From positions 2,984,661 to 3,048,660 of the forward strand of contig MU059922.1 in NCBI GenBank assembly GCA_013265495.1: DNA of 64,000 bases, given 5' to 3'. Made by a program: the position numbers and the translations under genes. The notes beneath the pieces are model-generated. The model saw only the letters and a list, made by a program, of their open reading frames with translations. It was not told the DNA's origin and did not search any database. Origin of the DNA: Vicugna vicugna (taxonomy: Eukaryota). Positions 24,913 to 37,575 of this stretch are shown piece after piece (positions within the stretch are counted from its first letter, which is position 1; the number at the start of each line of letters is the position of its first letter).

Positions 24913-27900
24913 CTTATATTAGTCTGTGCTTACAATTAATGAACTTGCAAGGCCGAATGCAATAAATGTTTCCACTGTGGTGCAAAGTGCAGTCAGTGGA
25001 AGAGAGACGTTTTAAGCAGAGGATGGTGGAATTCTGTAGAGAAGTCGGTACCTCTGTTTTTGAAGAGGGTGGGCACATGCCGCCAGCAGACTGGCAGGTC
25101 CTAAAGAGCCCTTGCAGCCCGTGTCATGATTTCAGGTTACGTTGTTATTGGTTCTCTGTTCCTTCCTTCATAAGAACAACTTGAACAGTTTGCTTTGGTA
25201 ACAGTTTTCCTGCTACTGGTGTAGTGACATTTATAGGTAGTCAGCTTCCGCCTAAGAACTAAAGGAAAACGTGAATTGGAATCTAGATTACAAGTCTCTT
25301 TGGCATTATCCCTTTAGCAGATTCATCAGAATTAGCCAGAGAACTTCAAAGTTGCAGGCTTCAGACATGAAGGGAGGAAGATGGTTATCTAAATGGTCAG
25401 CTGGTTGTGACACGGAAAGAAGCTATTAAACATCATGGTTGAATAACCTCAAAATCCACTTACATCTTAGCTTTGATAATAGTGGAGCAATCTGTCACCC
25501 TCTTTTGCTTTAATATTTGCAAATGAATGTAAGAAAGTGAACATCAGAGACCTGCCTCTTCCTGCTGCAAACTGCCAAGTGACTTGTAACAGTCCCTCAC
25601 CAGTCTTCTGTCCAAATTCCTCATAGCTCTTCTGTCCTGACTCCTTGTGTGCCTGCGCCTGACTTTTCCTGAAAAGTGGCTTTCTTTTTCTTTTTCTTTT
25701 TTCCCTTTCCTTTCCTTTCATTTTAACCCCAATTTAAAGAGTGCTTATTTCTGAATAAGCCATTTCCTTAAATTATTCAAGGAAACAGATTTTCAGGCAG
25801 AAGGAAATTTGGATTCTGAAGTTGTTGAGAGTTCTGAAGAGTCGTGGCTCACCTCCTCCACGTCACCGCAGCCCTGTGTGGCATTTCATAGCCTGTCCCT
25901 AAGAAGACTCATTTGAAGTCTTTTAAGTTTCATTTGCACCTAAATCTTGACCTCTCTTGGTATAAACAGAACAGAAAACCAGTGCAAAATTAGCAAAAAA
26001 GATAATAATGCGTCGTTGCAATTATTCTTCCCTCCAATGTTATATGATTTAAATTTTCTATTCTTATTTTTCTCTTAATTGGCTCTTGTGTTTCTAGATA
26101 CTCTTCATAATAATTTCCTTAGACCTTCAGACAAAAACCTGAGACTGGATTTTACTATTTATACCATACAAACCAAGGGCTGAGTTCTGTCACATAAATA
26201 ATGCAAACAAGCGAAAGTCAACTTATTAACACATGGCGAAGGCACTACTTTTATAAGAAGTGAAAGGAAGCCAGTTGCACAGATGCAGAATGCTCACTGT
26301 CTTCTCACTGCCTGCTCTTGGGGGCCATACTTAACTCTACATAAGAAAGTTTTATTAAAAAATTATAACGCTGGAATGATAGATTAGCATAAAATAATTA
26401 GGAAAGAGAAAAATTGCCATTAAAGAACATAGAAAAAATATATAGATATCTCTCATAGGCTCTTAACATGCAACCAGGTAAAACTGAAAAATGAATCAAA
26501 CATGGACAAGGAGCAAAATTCTTCTCCATGAGATTTCAGGAACACACAGTTTTTAAGGTTCACCAACCTGATTGGTAACAAAACTGGTTACAAAGGCCAA
26601 ATATAGTTTTACTGAGGAAGTATAATTCTCATGGCATCAGCTGCAAGTCTGTTTCTTGAAGAATTGGGACATCTGATAACTGTTTTACGTATCTCACTGA
26701 AAATGTCATCTCCTAGAAGATAACGAAGATAATGCTCTCTCTTTTTTGGTCGCGAGAAGCCCGCAGGAGCCCACGTGCTGGGCAGGGACAGGCCATTCTC
26801 ACTGACCTCTCTTCCCTAAGCCCTAGCCTGGGTTCTGGTGCCCTGAACTTGCGGGACGAGCTGTGTATCCTGTTCAAGGCCAGTTCGGCCTGGGCACTTG
26901 GGTTGGGAGAAGAACACATAGCAATGGTCCCTGAACTTGGTTTCCAGTAGGTGTTCTCCCAATAAAAGAAATCCTTCTTAGTTTCCAAAGAATTCCACTT
27001 ACCAAGGTAATAAGATATTTTTATTGCCTTGTTCATTGAGTTTTCCAGATAATAAACTACTCATAAAACCCTGAAGAAAAGGGTAAAAAAAATTTTTTTT
27101 CTACTTTTATGTCTACTTACTATCCCTAAGGACAGTCTGCTTTCTCATCCCCTACGTTAAACCATTTTATTACTAGATGGTGCTTTTGCTTTCTGATTAG
27201 CTTTTGGTTGTTACAAACAGACATGAAATTATTTTTGGAAAATAAATTATGTTCATTGTAAATATAGTAACCCATTTAAAATCTTAGTCCCTGCAGCCTG
27301 TTTGTCTAGGCTAGTCAAAGTATTCTGAATCCCCTAAGACAGGTCCACTGAGTACATTTTTTTTTAATATGAGAGAAATCTTAGACATGAGTTATTTATT
27401 CCACATAAAACAAGGGAATTACTGACAGACCAATGCTGTTTGAAGTGAGCACCTATAGCCTACTATTGTGGAGGAAATAATAAATTTACTTTCCACCAAA
27501 ATCCATGTGTTGTCTGTACAAATGCCCATTTATTCATTTAAATTAATTTCCAGACCTGAGAAAACACAGAGGAAGAGTGTCAAGTCAGACTCAGATAAGC
27601 AGGGGTCTTACCAAGTATCAGACTTGACTAAAAACCCACAGGATCTGGGTCAGGACCAAGGCAATGCATGGAAACATCTGAGACTACCAGCCAACTCCCG
27701 ACATCCTTCTGTGCCACATTAAGAGGTGATCTGGTCCAGATTTAGTGTTTGAAATGTCTAAGTGATGCATGCAGTTATGAAATAGCTCCCTCTGATACTT
27801 GGATAAAAATGAGGCAGCTGACCTAACACTTTCCAGTGGGCCATATCCTACAAATCCGTAAGTTCCTCATCTGTTTGCTATTAACAACCTACACAGAGTA

Positions 27901-30138
27901 GACGTAGCCTGTTAGAAGGATTCCGCAGAAAACATTCTCATTATCTCTCTGCTAGTAAAACCATCAGGAGGTCTGATCAGCAAGTTTACAAAGGAGTCTT
28001 TACTGGGTCATCTGTTTTCTGTTTTCCCTCTCTTGCTTCTTGGGCATTCCCTGCGGGATGGAGATGGGTTACAAAGAAGCTGCAAATGCTTTCTTTCCCG
28101 AGACCCAACCCTGTAGCCACTGTTGTTGTGTCCTGTGTTTTTAAATACATGCTGCTGCCTGGTGATTCATCATTCATACCACACACACATACCACGTATG
28201 CAAACCTTCGGAATCTCTATCCAACACATTGCATCACTATTGACAATGATAAAATTTGGGCTTCACTAAAGAAAAACATTCTCGAGGAGCTTCCAAAGAG
28301 CCTTCTCCAGTCTTTGTTACTGATCGCTTTCATCATCCAAGGAGTTAACAACGTTTCCTCCCTTTAAGCCAGCCTGGGGATTATCGCTGAGCCTTCTGTT
28401 AATTTCAGCATCTTCTCTCCACCCTAAATCTTCAACATTTTCACATACTCTCAGCCATTTAGAGTACAAGAAGATACATCATTCAAGTGTGGGCAATAAT
28501 TGGAAACAAATTAGATACATTAATCATTTGTACCAGAGTTACAAAATCTTACTTATTAACAAATTAACAAATTGTTCGGCTGATTTTCCCAGCTCTTCCT
28601 GTTTCATGCCAAGACATCTAGGTCATGTTCCTAGCCCTTTGGTTCTTAGGGCGACAAAGTCCTTTGAGCCTGAAACTCCAGGCAAACCTCTTGGTTGAAA
28701 TCAAACTAGTGAACCAGGGTCATTCTGGTCCATTAATTCATTAATTAAACAAATTGTTATCGGACCCCTACTCTGTGGAGAGCATTATTCTAGATGCAGG
28801 GATGCAGTAGGGAACAAGCCATTCATGGTTCCTGCCCTCTTGGTCTGACCTCTTTATAAAGATCTATAGAAGAATTTGAAGAAACAAATTCAACTGAAAT
28901 AATTACAAATTGTGATAAGCCAAAGGATCTTTGACTTAGGCTTCCTATGGCAGTTATATTCTTATGTAACTTATCTTTCAGCAAAGATACCTAGCCAGCA
29001 AAAGCAGACTGCGCTGTGGACTCCAGCTGCTGGAATTATGCTATATGGCTTAGATTAACTCTTCACCTGATTTAAGAATGAAATCAGTGTTCCAGTATCA
29101 TAGAAAATCAATAAGCGTCAAGCTGCTCTGAAAATACTAACATAAGAATGTTAATGCTTTGATTATAAAGTTATCTCAAATGATAGATAATGACAAATGC
29201 CTCCCAAAATGCACACTGGGGACTTTCTGAATTCACGCTGACCCTGATGTGGTTTTTTTTTCTTGGCATAATTTAATCTTTAGACAGTAGTTTCAAATTA
29301 AAGATTTTCTATTCAAGGCATGGGATATGCATACTGTTTTCTGAAGCCCAGTCACCTTTCTTTTTCCTGTTCGCCTCTTCCCAGCTCCAGGCAAGTGGAA
29401 TTTCCTGTCCCGTTGTATCTTTATATGTAAAAATGCTGCTCAAATCCTGTTTTGAACATAAGGAGGCTTTAGAAGCTTCTTTCAAACTGAAACTGTATGA
29501 AGGGGATAAAGGATATTTTGTCTTCTGGGTCCTTAAACTGCCCCTGTGTGGGCTTTCTCCTGTTCTTTGACAGTCACCGTGTTAAGTGCTTGCCCTTCAT
29601 CCAGTCGCTGGGTGTCAGCCCAGCCCTGTAGAAGATCCATGGGGAAGTATTGTTCTAGATCCTGCACACAAGGAGGTTATAACCTTATAGGAGAGAGAAA
29701 AATAATCACGGCGCCATGAAGTTGTATCTTACCAGATATTGGGTTCTAAAATTAGAGAAGGAAAAAATTATGTATACTCAAAATGACACATTTTTTTAAA
29801 TTCACTCCAAAAATGCAGAATATATCCATACTCAGGAGACAGATTAGAAATGATCAGATGAATCCAGCAAAGCCAGATTTTTCTTTAGGATTAGAACAGA
29901 AGCAGGTTCTTCAGCTGAGCATCAGGTAAAGTACACGGCTTATGTTTATGGGCCATACTGCACGAAAAATGCATGCAGATTAGACTCTGTCTTGGCACAG
30001 CATTCTGTCCACACAATGAGAGACACAGAAAACTATGGAAAAAATCAGGCAAACACAGATTTGGGACTTCCATCCCACACTCACCAACACTTAGGGCAAT
30101 ATTCACTGAGTGGGGGCTAAGCAGAATTGTCTGCTTTA

Positions 30139-30144
<6 letters not shown>

Positions 30145-30190
<46 letters not shown>

Positions 30191-30213
30191 CACACACACA
30201 CACACACACACAC
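30145..30213 (+). repeat. Compound microsatellite (TC)22(CA)12
   Basis: Direct reading: TC run 30145-30188, CA run 30189-30213. Confidence 0.95.
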
Positions 30214-30692
30214 GCACCCCATTATGGTCAACAGTAACTACATAAACCAAGCTTCAGAAAGGTTAGATTATGTGATAGCAAGGGAGCAAAGAATATATAA
30301 TTCTACTAGAAAATAGTAACAGTAGAATAATGTGGCTGGGAATTCAGTGTAGAAAGCCGAATATATTAGGCAAAAGAAACTGGACCATATTCAGAAGTTA
30401 TATAAAGCCACTGAGGATTTTTGAGACAGAGAGTAACGGTACTATTTTGCTGAAAGGCAAACACAGTGGGTTCAGTTCTGACCCTACTGAATGGGAGCTG
30501 TTCTGGGGGCACTCAGAGGTGGGTGACACCCACATCTAGTCGCTGGAGGCAGAGGCTGATGAGCCATTTCCAGAGATACCGTTTTTATTGCTGTATCTTC
30601 AGCACCTAGAATGGTTCCAGGCAATAGTGTACACCCAATAAATAATTACTGGGTTAACAGTACTTGACTATATTGAGGTGATGACGAATATA

Positions 30693-30870
30693 NNNNNNNN
30701 NNNNNNNNNNNNNNNNNNNNNNNNNNNNNNNNNNNNNNNNNNNNNNNNNNNNNNNNNNNNNNNNNNNNNNNNNNNNNNNNNNNNNNNNNNNNNNNNNNNN
30801 NNNNNNNNNNNNNNNNNNNNNNNNNNNNNNNNNNNNNNNNNNNNNNNNNNNNNNNNNNNNNNNNNNNNNN
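30693..30870. other. Assembly gap (178 N) just left of the CpG island
   Basis: Run of N. Confidence 0.95.
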
Positions 30871-31014
30871 GTAGGTTGTCCCTTGAACTTTCCTAGTCCG
30901 AAAATTTCCACTAAGGGTCTGTCGTGCTCACAGGCAGTTTTTGTGGATGGAAGGTCAGATTCTGGGCAGCTGCCAGCATCCCAGCAGGATTTGTTAAGTG
31001 CTGTCAAGAGTGCA

Positions 31015-31625
31015 GGAGCCGCACCTAAGCAGCCAGTGAAGAAGAGAGCAGCTGGGAAGCACGGGCGCCCTCGGGGCTGCGCTGTGAGCTGCCGGCCGGA
31101 GGAGTGGCGCCTGGCTCCGCAGAACTGAGCTCTGCACTGCGGGCGCTCTGGGGCCGAAAGCCGTGAGGAGGAGGGGAGAGTGCAGCAGTCCGCTGGGTTT
31201 GTCCCCTTTTCTGAGCCCAGAGTGGCCGTGGGGACGGGAGGAGCGTGGTGGCGGCGTGCGCCCTGGCGGGGGCGGAGGGGCGGCGGCAGGGAGGCTGGCC
31301 GTGCAGCCCCCTCCGGTCTGGGCGGCGACGCGCCAGTCCCGGCGCCAGTGACGTCTGAGGTTGGCGCTGGGTTCCTCCAAGGACGGCACGTGTGGCAAGT
31401 TCTCCCGCTGGAGAGGGGTCAGAACGGCATTCGCTGAAAAGCGCACGACAAGCGCTTCGGGCGGCGGTGGGTTCCCGCGGCAGGACTGCGCCGAGACGGC
31501 GGGCGCTGCCCGCTCGCCGGGAGGGGAGGCCGGGAGGGGAGGCGGGTGCTCCTGCCCCGAGGAGCACGGCCCGCACGCTCCGCCCCTCCGCGCTCCTCCG
31601 GCCTGGGCTCGGTCCCAAGGAAACG
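31015..31625. promoter_or_regulatory. CpG island, probable promoter with a non-coding first exon of an unidentified gene
   Basis: About 600 bp of very GC- and CpG-dense non-repeat sequence in an AT-rich background. It contains GGGCGG boxes (31270-31275, 31278-31283), a CRE-like TGACGTCT (31349-31356) and an E-box CACGTG (31387-31392). No credible ATG-initiated ORF. Confidence 0.85.
31519..31567 (+). other. G-quadruplex motif followed by an 8-bp stem hairpin
   Basis: GGG-A-GGGG-AGGCC-GGG-A-GGGG-AGGC-GGG (31519-31546), then the inverted repeat GTGCTCCT-gccccg-AGGAGCAC (31546-31567). Confidence 0.6.
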
Positions 31626-31689
31626 ATCCCGAGGAGGCTCGTGCCTTTTTAAAAAATTTTAACTGATTTTTGTTTATTTTTTAAAATAA

Positions 31690-31960
31690 ACACAGAGAAA
31701 CTGAAAGAAAATGCAACTATAGTTCCATTACCCAGAGATACTCACTGTCAACATTTTGGTTTATATCCTTATTCGCTTTTAAATTCTTTTTATTTACTCA
31801 GAGTTTTTCCAAGCTTTCCTGGGGTACAATTTATCCCCCCTCCAAAGTATATATTTAAGGTGTACAACTTGATCATTTGATACATATTTAATGTGCAGTG
31901 AAATACTCACCACCATCAAACTGATTAACATATCCACCACCTCACATAGTTACCATTTTC
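31690..31960 (-). mobile_element. Old L1 3' fragments bordering the CpG island
   Basis: 'atttaaggtgtacaacttgatcatttgatacatat..caccaccatcaaactgattaacatatccaccacctcacatagttacc'. Confidence 0.7.
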
Positions 31961-31962
31961 TT

Positions 31963-31998
31963 GCTCCTTCCTTCCTTCCTCCCTTCCTTCCTTCCTTC
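31963..31998 (+). repeat. (CCTT)n simple repeat
   Basis: Direct reading; gives rise to the spurious 'LPSFLPSF' ORF at 31961. Confidence 0.85.
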
Positions 31999-33429
31999 CC
32001 AGACCTGCCATCTTCCTGTGACCTTACCTTATGCATTGACTTCTTCAACCACCGTGTTCTTAGCTTTTAATCTGGTTCTGAATGTCCTACGTCCTTTACT
32101 CCAGCCAAACCCCGTCTCGCTAGAGGTCATTCTTCTCACTTCTGGATGCCTTGCCCTGCACCACAGCTCACAGCAGCCAGAGGCCCCAGCCTCTTACTGT
32201 GTAGGGGTCAGCCCCCCCAGCCTCCCAAGTGCCCCTCTGGCCCTTTTGTTTGGTGACCCTGTCACTCCCGCTCAATGTCTCTGGCCCTTCTGGACCACGT
32301 GCCTACTTGTGAACATCTAATTTTACTCTTTTAGGCGCTTCTAATCTTTCCTGCCTGTATCTTCCTCCATCATCACCTGGTCACAGACTGATATAGAGAA
32401 AGCTGTGACATGGTTCCCTCTTACTCCTAGTGAAAGGTAAAGAGCACTTGAATCGAAAAGCTGTGTAACCTTAGAAGGAAACATAGAAATGTTTACATCA
32501 ATTCAAAAGGTTGAGTGTAGGGAAATAGCGATGGATCGGTGTAATCTTGGTTTATCTTTGTAATATGCTATAAAAACTCACTGAGAAAGGTAACTAGTGA
32601 AGAATATTGTAGTTTCTGGAAATTAACATGCTGGTTTTGCTGAACATAGCCCACGAGTAAATCAGAACATCTAAATGGTGTGCTTTATGCATAATTCTTA
32701 ATTTAAAAAAATCAGAGGTCACTGTATCTCTTGCTCAGTGCCAACTGAAAGCCAAGAGGTTAGTCAAAACAAATGTAGTTCGCGGACCCATTTGGTTTGT
32801 TTGCCCAGAGTGAATCACAGCATTAGAGACTCAGGAATAATATGCATAAACACGAAGCCGTATTTTATGGCTTTTTTAACAAGTCATTTCTAGTAACTTC
32901 ATAATGCTGTTGAAGTGGATCGAATTTAATTACGCTTGTGAACTCTACCTTTTTGTACACCAGTGAGTCAAATACTGTGTGTTTAAACAGAATAAGAGTA
33001 CTTTCCTAAAAATACGTGTTTGATCATGTCACGCCTCTGGCTATACTGCTGTTATTTTTCTGCACGTTCTTTGAGTTTCCATGAAAGAAAACACTTGGTA
33101 ACTATTATATTTTATCATTTCCAACATTTCCAAACCATCATTCATTTATCTAGAGTTGACAGTACATGTGAGTGGGTAAGAAAGTGTGAACCCCTGCATC
33201 CACTCTGCACCACTAGCATCTGCATGGTTCACAGGCAGTCACGTGATGAGCGCGTGAATGAATAAATGAAAATAGATGAACACGTCCCATAACCATTGGA
33301 CAAAACAGTATTTTCTGGCCGATACAGCCATTTTTACATCTTTATCATAAAGTAATTTCAGAGCTCTAAGATTATGGCAATATATCAGGAGATCCACTAT
33401 GAGGAATTTATGAAAGTAAAAAATCAAGG

Positions 33430-34247
33430 CAAAGCATATGAAACATGCTCAGTATCATTAGTCAGCAGAGTAATGTTTATTGAAACTACGATGACCGACT
33501 GCTAAGCACCCAGAATGCCCGAAATTAAGAATATTAACAGCACCAAATGTTGGCAGGAATGGAGAGCAATGGAAATCTTATACGGTGACGTTTGTAATGT
33601 AAACGTTACAGACACTTTGGGAAACAGTTTTCAAGTTCTTATAAAATGATGCATGTAATTAGCATATAATCCTTCAATTCTACTTCCAGGTATTTACCCA
33701 AGAGAAATGAAGGCATATATTGACATATGGTCTCTCTTAATTCAAAATACCCCCCATTTAGAAACAATCCAAAGTTCAGTTTAAAGCAACAGGTACATTA
33801 ATAAACAAATTATAACAGATCCATACAACAGAATACCACTCAGCCAAAAAAACCAAAAAACAAAAAACAAAACCCAGAGTGGAGTGAACTACTGCTAAAT
33901 GTAACATGGATGGATCTCAAAAATATCGTGAGTGAAAGAAGCCAGACTCAGAAGAGTGAGAGTTGGCACTAAATTCCATTTATGTGAAATTATAAACTAA
34001 GTAAACCTAATCAACAGTGATAGCAAGGAGGTGAGTGGTTGTCTGGGGCCAGGAGTAGACATGGAATTGACCACAGAAGAGCACAAGGAACTTCTAAGGT
34101 GAGGACAGTGTCATTTTTCTTGATTGAGGTGGTGGTTGCACAGGTACGTGCATTTGTCAAAACTTACTGAACTATCCACTGAAAATTAGTGCATATTCTT
34201 TTATGTACCTTGTACTTCAATAAAGTTGATTACAAACTAAAAAAAAT
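33430..34247 (+). mobile_element. Old L1 (L1ME/L1MD-like) ORF2 end and 3'UTR
   Basis: 'catgctcagtatcattagtc..caccaaatgttggcagg..caattctacttccaggtatttacccaagagaaatgaag..cttcaataaagttgatt' followed by an A-rich tail. Confidence 0.8.
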
Positions 34248-35060
34248 TAGAGGTAATTTGAAAAATTGATGCCTGTTTTTATAGTTATAGAAGTTTACTT
34301 AATGTTCTATTAATTATCAGTGATGTTTTTAGCCTGTTGAATCAATTCTTCATAAAAACTTGTAATGCAGCTGTCTGATATTGCTAGCAATCTTGCTCCT
34401 TCATTACCTGCGCAGTAATAATAACTGCAGATAAAGCAGAAGAGAGATTATAAGTTCACAGAATGGTGTCCAGGTTCCACTGTATTAATGATGTACGCAG
34501 CGTTTTGTGTTACAGTAAGGGTAAGGCAGAAATTCTTTCAAAGGTCAGAGTTACCACTTGGAAAAAGAATGTGCTTTCACCCTTTAACTCTGCAAGCGAC
34601 TTTGCATAAAACTGGTTTGGTTATGTTCTCTCAGATATGAATATCATTTATTCATCACCTTGGAAAAAAGTAGAAAGTGATTCCAAAGAAAACTCACCCT
34701 AGATGCTTTTTAAAGAAAGCAAGCTCTAGCGCCAAGGATGAGACCAACAGCCACCCAGCTCTCTGCCTCATCCTGTCTGCGCTGTGTATCTGCGGGGCAG
34801 CAGGATACGTGACGATGCTGAGTGAGCAAGAGAAGGGTAAATTATGCTGCGGGTGCCCTCGTAAGGTGGAGAAATACACAATCATTTTGGAAAGACTGTC
34901 ATGAAGAGCAGTTGAAATACTGCAAGTGTTTGCCCTTAAGACATTGCCCTCAAGTTATCCGGCAAACTTACTTATCCAGAACAGAACATTTCTGATAATG
35001 CCAAGTAGCCAAGATATCACAACCCGAAGAAGACAATTTCACAGGCAGAGTGCCAGAATT

Positions 35061-35175
35061 TAGGGTGACCATTGGGCTTAATCATCCAGTCAGGACGTTT
35101 TAAGAGAGGAGGCACTAGTAACAATTATGCTGGGACCAGAGCTGTCCTAGCCAACCGAGGACCACAGCCACCCTA
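35061..35175. mobile_element. MER94-like hAT-Blackjack MITE
   Basis: Terminal inverted repeats TAGGGTG...CACCCTA, 115 bp. The internal 'aacaattatgctgggac' resembles MER94. No TSD is readable. Confidence 0.7.
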
Positions 35176-36844
35176 GTATGTAGAGTTTCTGGAGAATGTT
35201 TTTAATGTAGTACCACCGAGGGCTAACCGATGGGAAAATATCTAAAGAATGTGTAAGGAACACAAATGAGTGTTTCCAATGCAATGTCATTCATTTTAAC
35301 CCAAGTTTGTTTTTTACCAAAGACAGGACAGAACGTGGGTGGTTTTTAAAAATATATTTACTCCAGTGTAACATGGAAGACATCCCCTCATTCGGTCTAC
35401 CGCCATTTTTCTCTCTCTCTCTTTTTTTTTTTTTTTTTTGGCCTTTTAGGAAAGAGCTGTATTCTACCTGAGGGGACAGTCTATCTCATAATTTTGAGCT
35501 CCCCCGAGACCAGAGAGTGTGAATAGCCTGCCTTTTTTTAGACACGCTGTTTAAGGGATGAACGTGTGACCCAGAAAGGAGGGAAGTGGAAGCAGTCAAG
35601 TGACTTGGGGCTTTTTGCTGGAGGCTAGAGAAGGATTATTGGATCACAAATCCTGAAGGTGATTTGTGCCTGGTACTACTGGTACCCAGTTGTTTCAACA
35701 TGGAGAAGGGCATTTAAGACTGAAAACGCTGCAGTCAGAGCAAGAGCAGAGCAAAGGAGAAGGGGAGGAGGAGAGAGAGGAGGGGGCAGTGCTAATTGAG
35801 CCCTGATTTATTTTGTGCTTATTATCAGTCCTGTTCCTACTCCTAACTCTGAACTTTTCAAGTACTTGAACCAGCAAATTCTGTTTTTCCTAAAGTTAAT
35901 TTGTACTGTGTCTCTGTCCCTTGGGTTAGTTCTGTTGTATAAAATTCAAAAGGAACAGAAAATCTAATACATTAATGTATATAGAATTTGGTAGATTTAT
36001 TCTCAAAACTGCTACGTCTTGTCCTTTCTCCTAAATCAGCCATCTGTTCCAAGTAATCAACTGGTAGCCTTTTTTTTTTAATGAGTAAGAATTAAGTGTT
36101 TCCAGTCTTTATTGAAATATTTCAGGTTACTGAAAATTTGGCAAAGAATTTCTAAAATATGCATAAGTTTTCATTCTATGAACTGTGCCAGTATGTATCA
36201 GCTAGTTATCTGTTGCTAAATCATCAATATACTGTGACATACTATTATTTATTCCCTAATGAGTTGTTGAGGTTTAAGTTAGTAATACTGGCAAAGAAAA
36301 AGCCAATATTTGAAAAGATAGTATTTACAATGGAACTAAAATAGATACAAGGTAAAATTTCTCAGTGGGGTAACGTGGTAGGGAGGGACATTCTTCGCTA
36401 TTGACAGGATGGGCAACTGGGAGTGTACCTTTGGACTTAAAGATGTAGAGTCTAGTAGTGGTTGTCATTCACGTTTCTAGGTGAAAAAGCCATGTATGGC
36501 TAGTAGGGGGTTTTGCCCCGTAGGATATCCATAAATAATATTGTTTGGCTTATTTATCATTTTGTTTACAGAGTCTGGACTTGGAACAGCTTAAGACATG
36601 TGCAAGAAATGCTTATATATAAAACACTAGACTAACATTGGGAAAGTAAGAGTGATGGAGCTTTCTAGATCAGCCAGCGTGCTGTGGCCATGGGTGAGGT
36701 CAAGTGATGGGTTTTAGGGACGATCTGCCTCTCATATGTGTGACCTTTACTAAATAACTTAAATTTGCTGAGCCTCAGTACTGTAGAAAGATGCAGAGTG
36801 GCTGGAGGATTGATAATGGACAGTTGTCATTTAATCTTCAGAGA

Positions 36845-37575
36845 AACTAGAGTTCTGTCATATGATCCAACAACCCCACTCCTGGGTAGATACCCAAGAA
36901 AAATAAAATCATCGTCTTAAAGAGAAATCTGCGCTCCCATGTTTATGGCAGCATTATTCACAGTAGCCAAGATATGGAAACAACCTAAGTGTCAGTTAGT
37001 GGATAAACGGAAAAAGGAAATGTGGTGCACACACACATCCCCTCTCCACACGCACACGCATAAGAATATGATACAGCCTTAAAAAAAAAAAAAGGAAATC
37101 CTGCCATTTGCAACAACGTTGATTAATCTGGAGGGCATCGTTCTAAATGAGATAGCTAGACAGAGAAAGACAGTTAACTGCATGGTGTCACTTATATGTG
37201 AATCATAAAAAACAAGGTCAAACTCATAGAAGTAGAGAGCAGAACGATGGTTACCAGGGGATAGGGGTTGGGGGAATAAGGAGAAGTTATAAAAGGAAGC
37301 AAACTTTTAGTTATAAGATGAATAGGATCTGAGGGTCTATGTATAACATGGTGACTCTTGTTGGAAACAGTGTGTTGTATAATTGAAATTTGCTGAGAGT
37401 AAAGCTTAAATATTCTCAGCAAAAAAAGAAAAAAACTGAATATATCAGGTGATGGGTGTGTTTATTTACTCAATGGAGAGGAATCCTTCCACAATGCATG
37501 CTTATTATGTCAAATCGTCATGTTGTACATTTTAAATATCTTACAATATTATTGGTCCATTTTACTTCAATAAAT
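36845..37575 (+). mobile_element. Old L1 (L1MA9/L1MB-like) 3' fragment
   Basis: 'catatgatccaacaaccccactcctgggtagatacccaag..gccaagatatggaaacaacctaagtgtc..tacttcaataaa'. Confidence 0.85.

Noticed and set aside
30994-31666. Several overlapping ORFs of 62-197 aa in the CpG island
   Set aside because: They occur in several frames on both strands, mostly start at non-ATG codons and are low-complexity (Arg/Ala/Pro/Gly). This is the expected artefact of GC-rich, stop-poor DNA.
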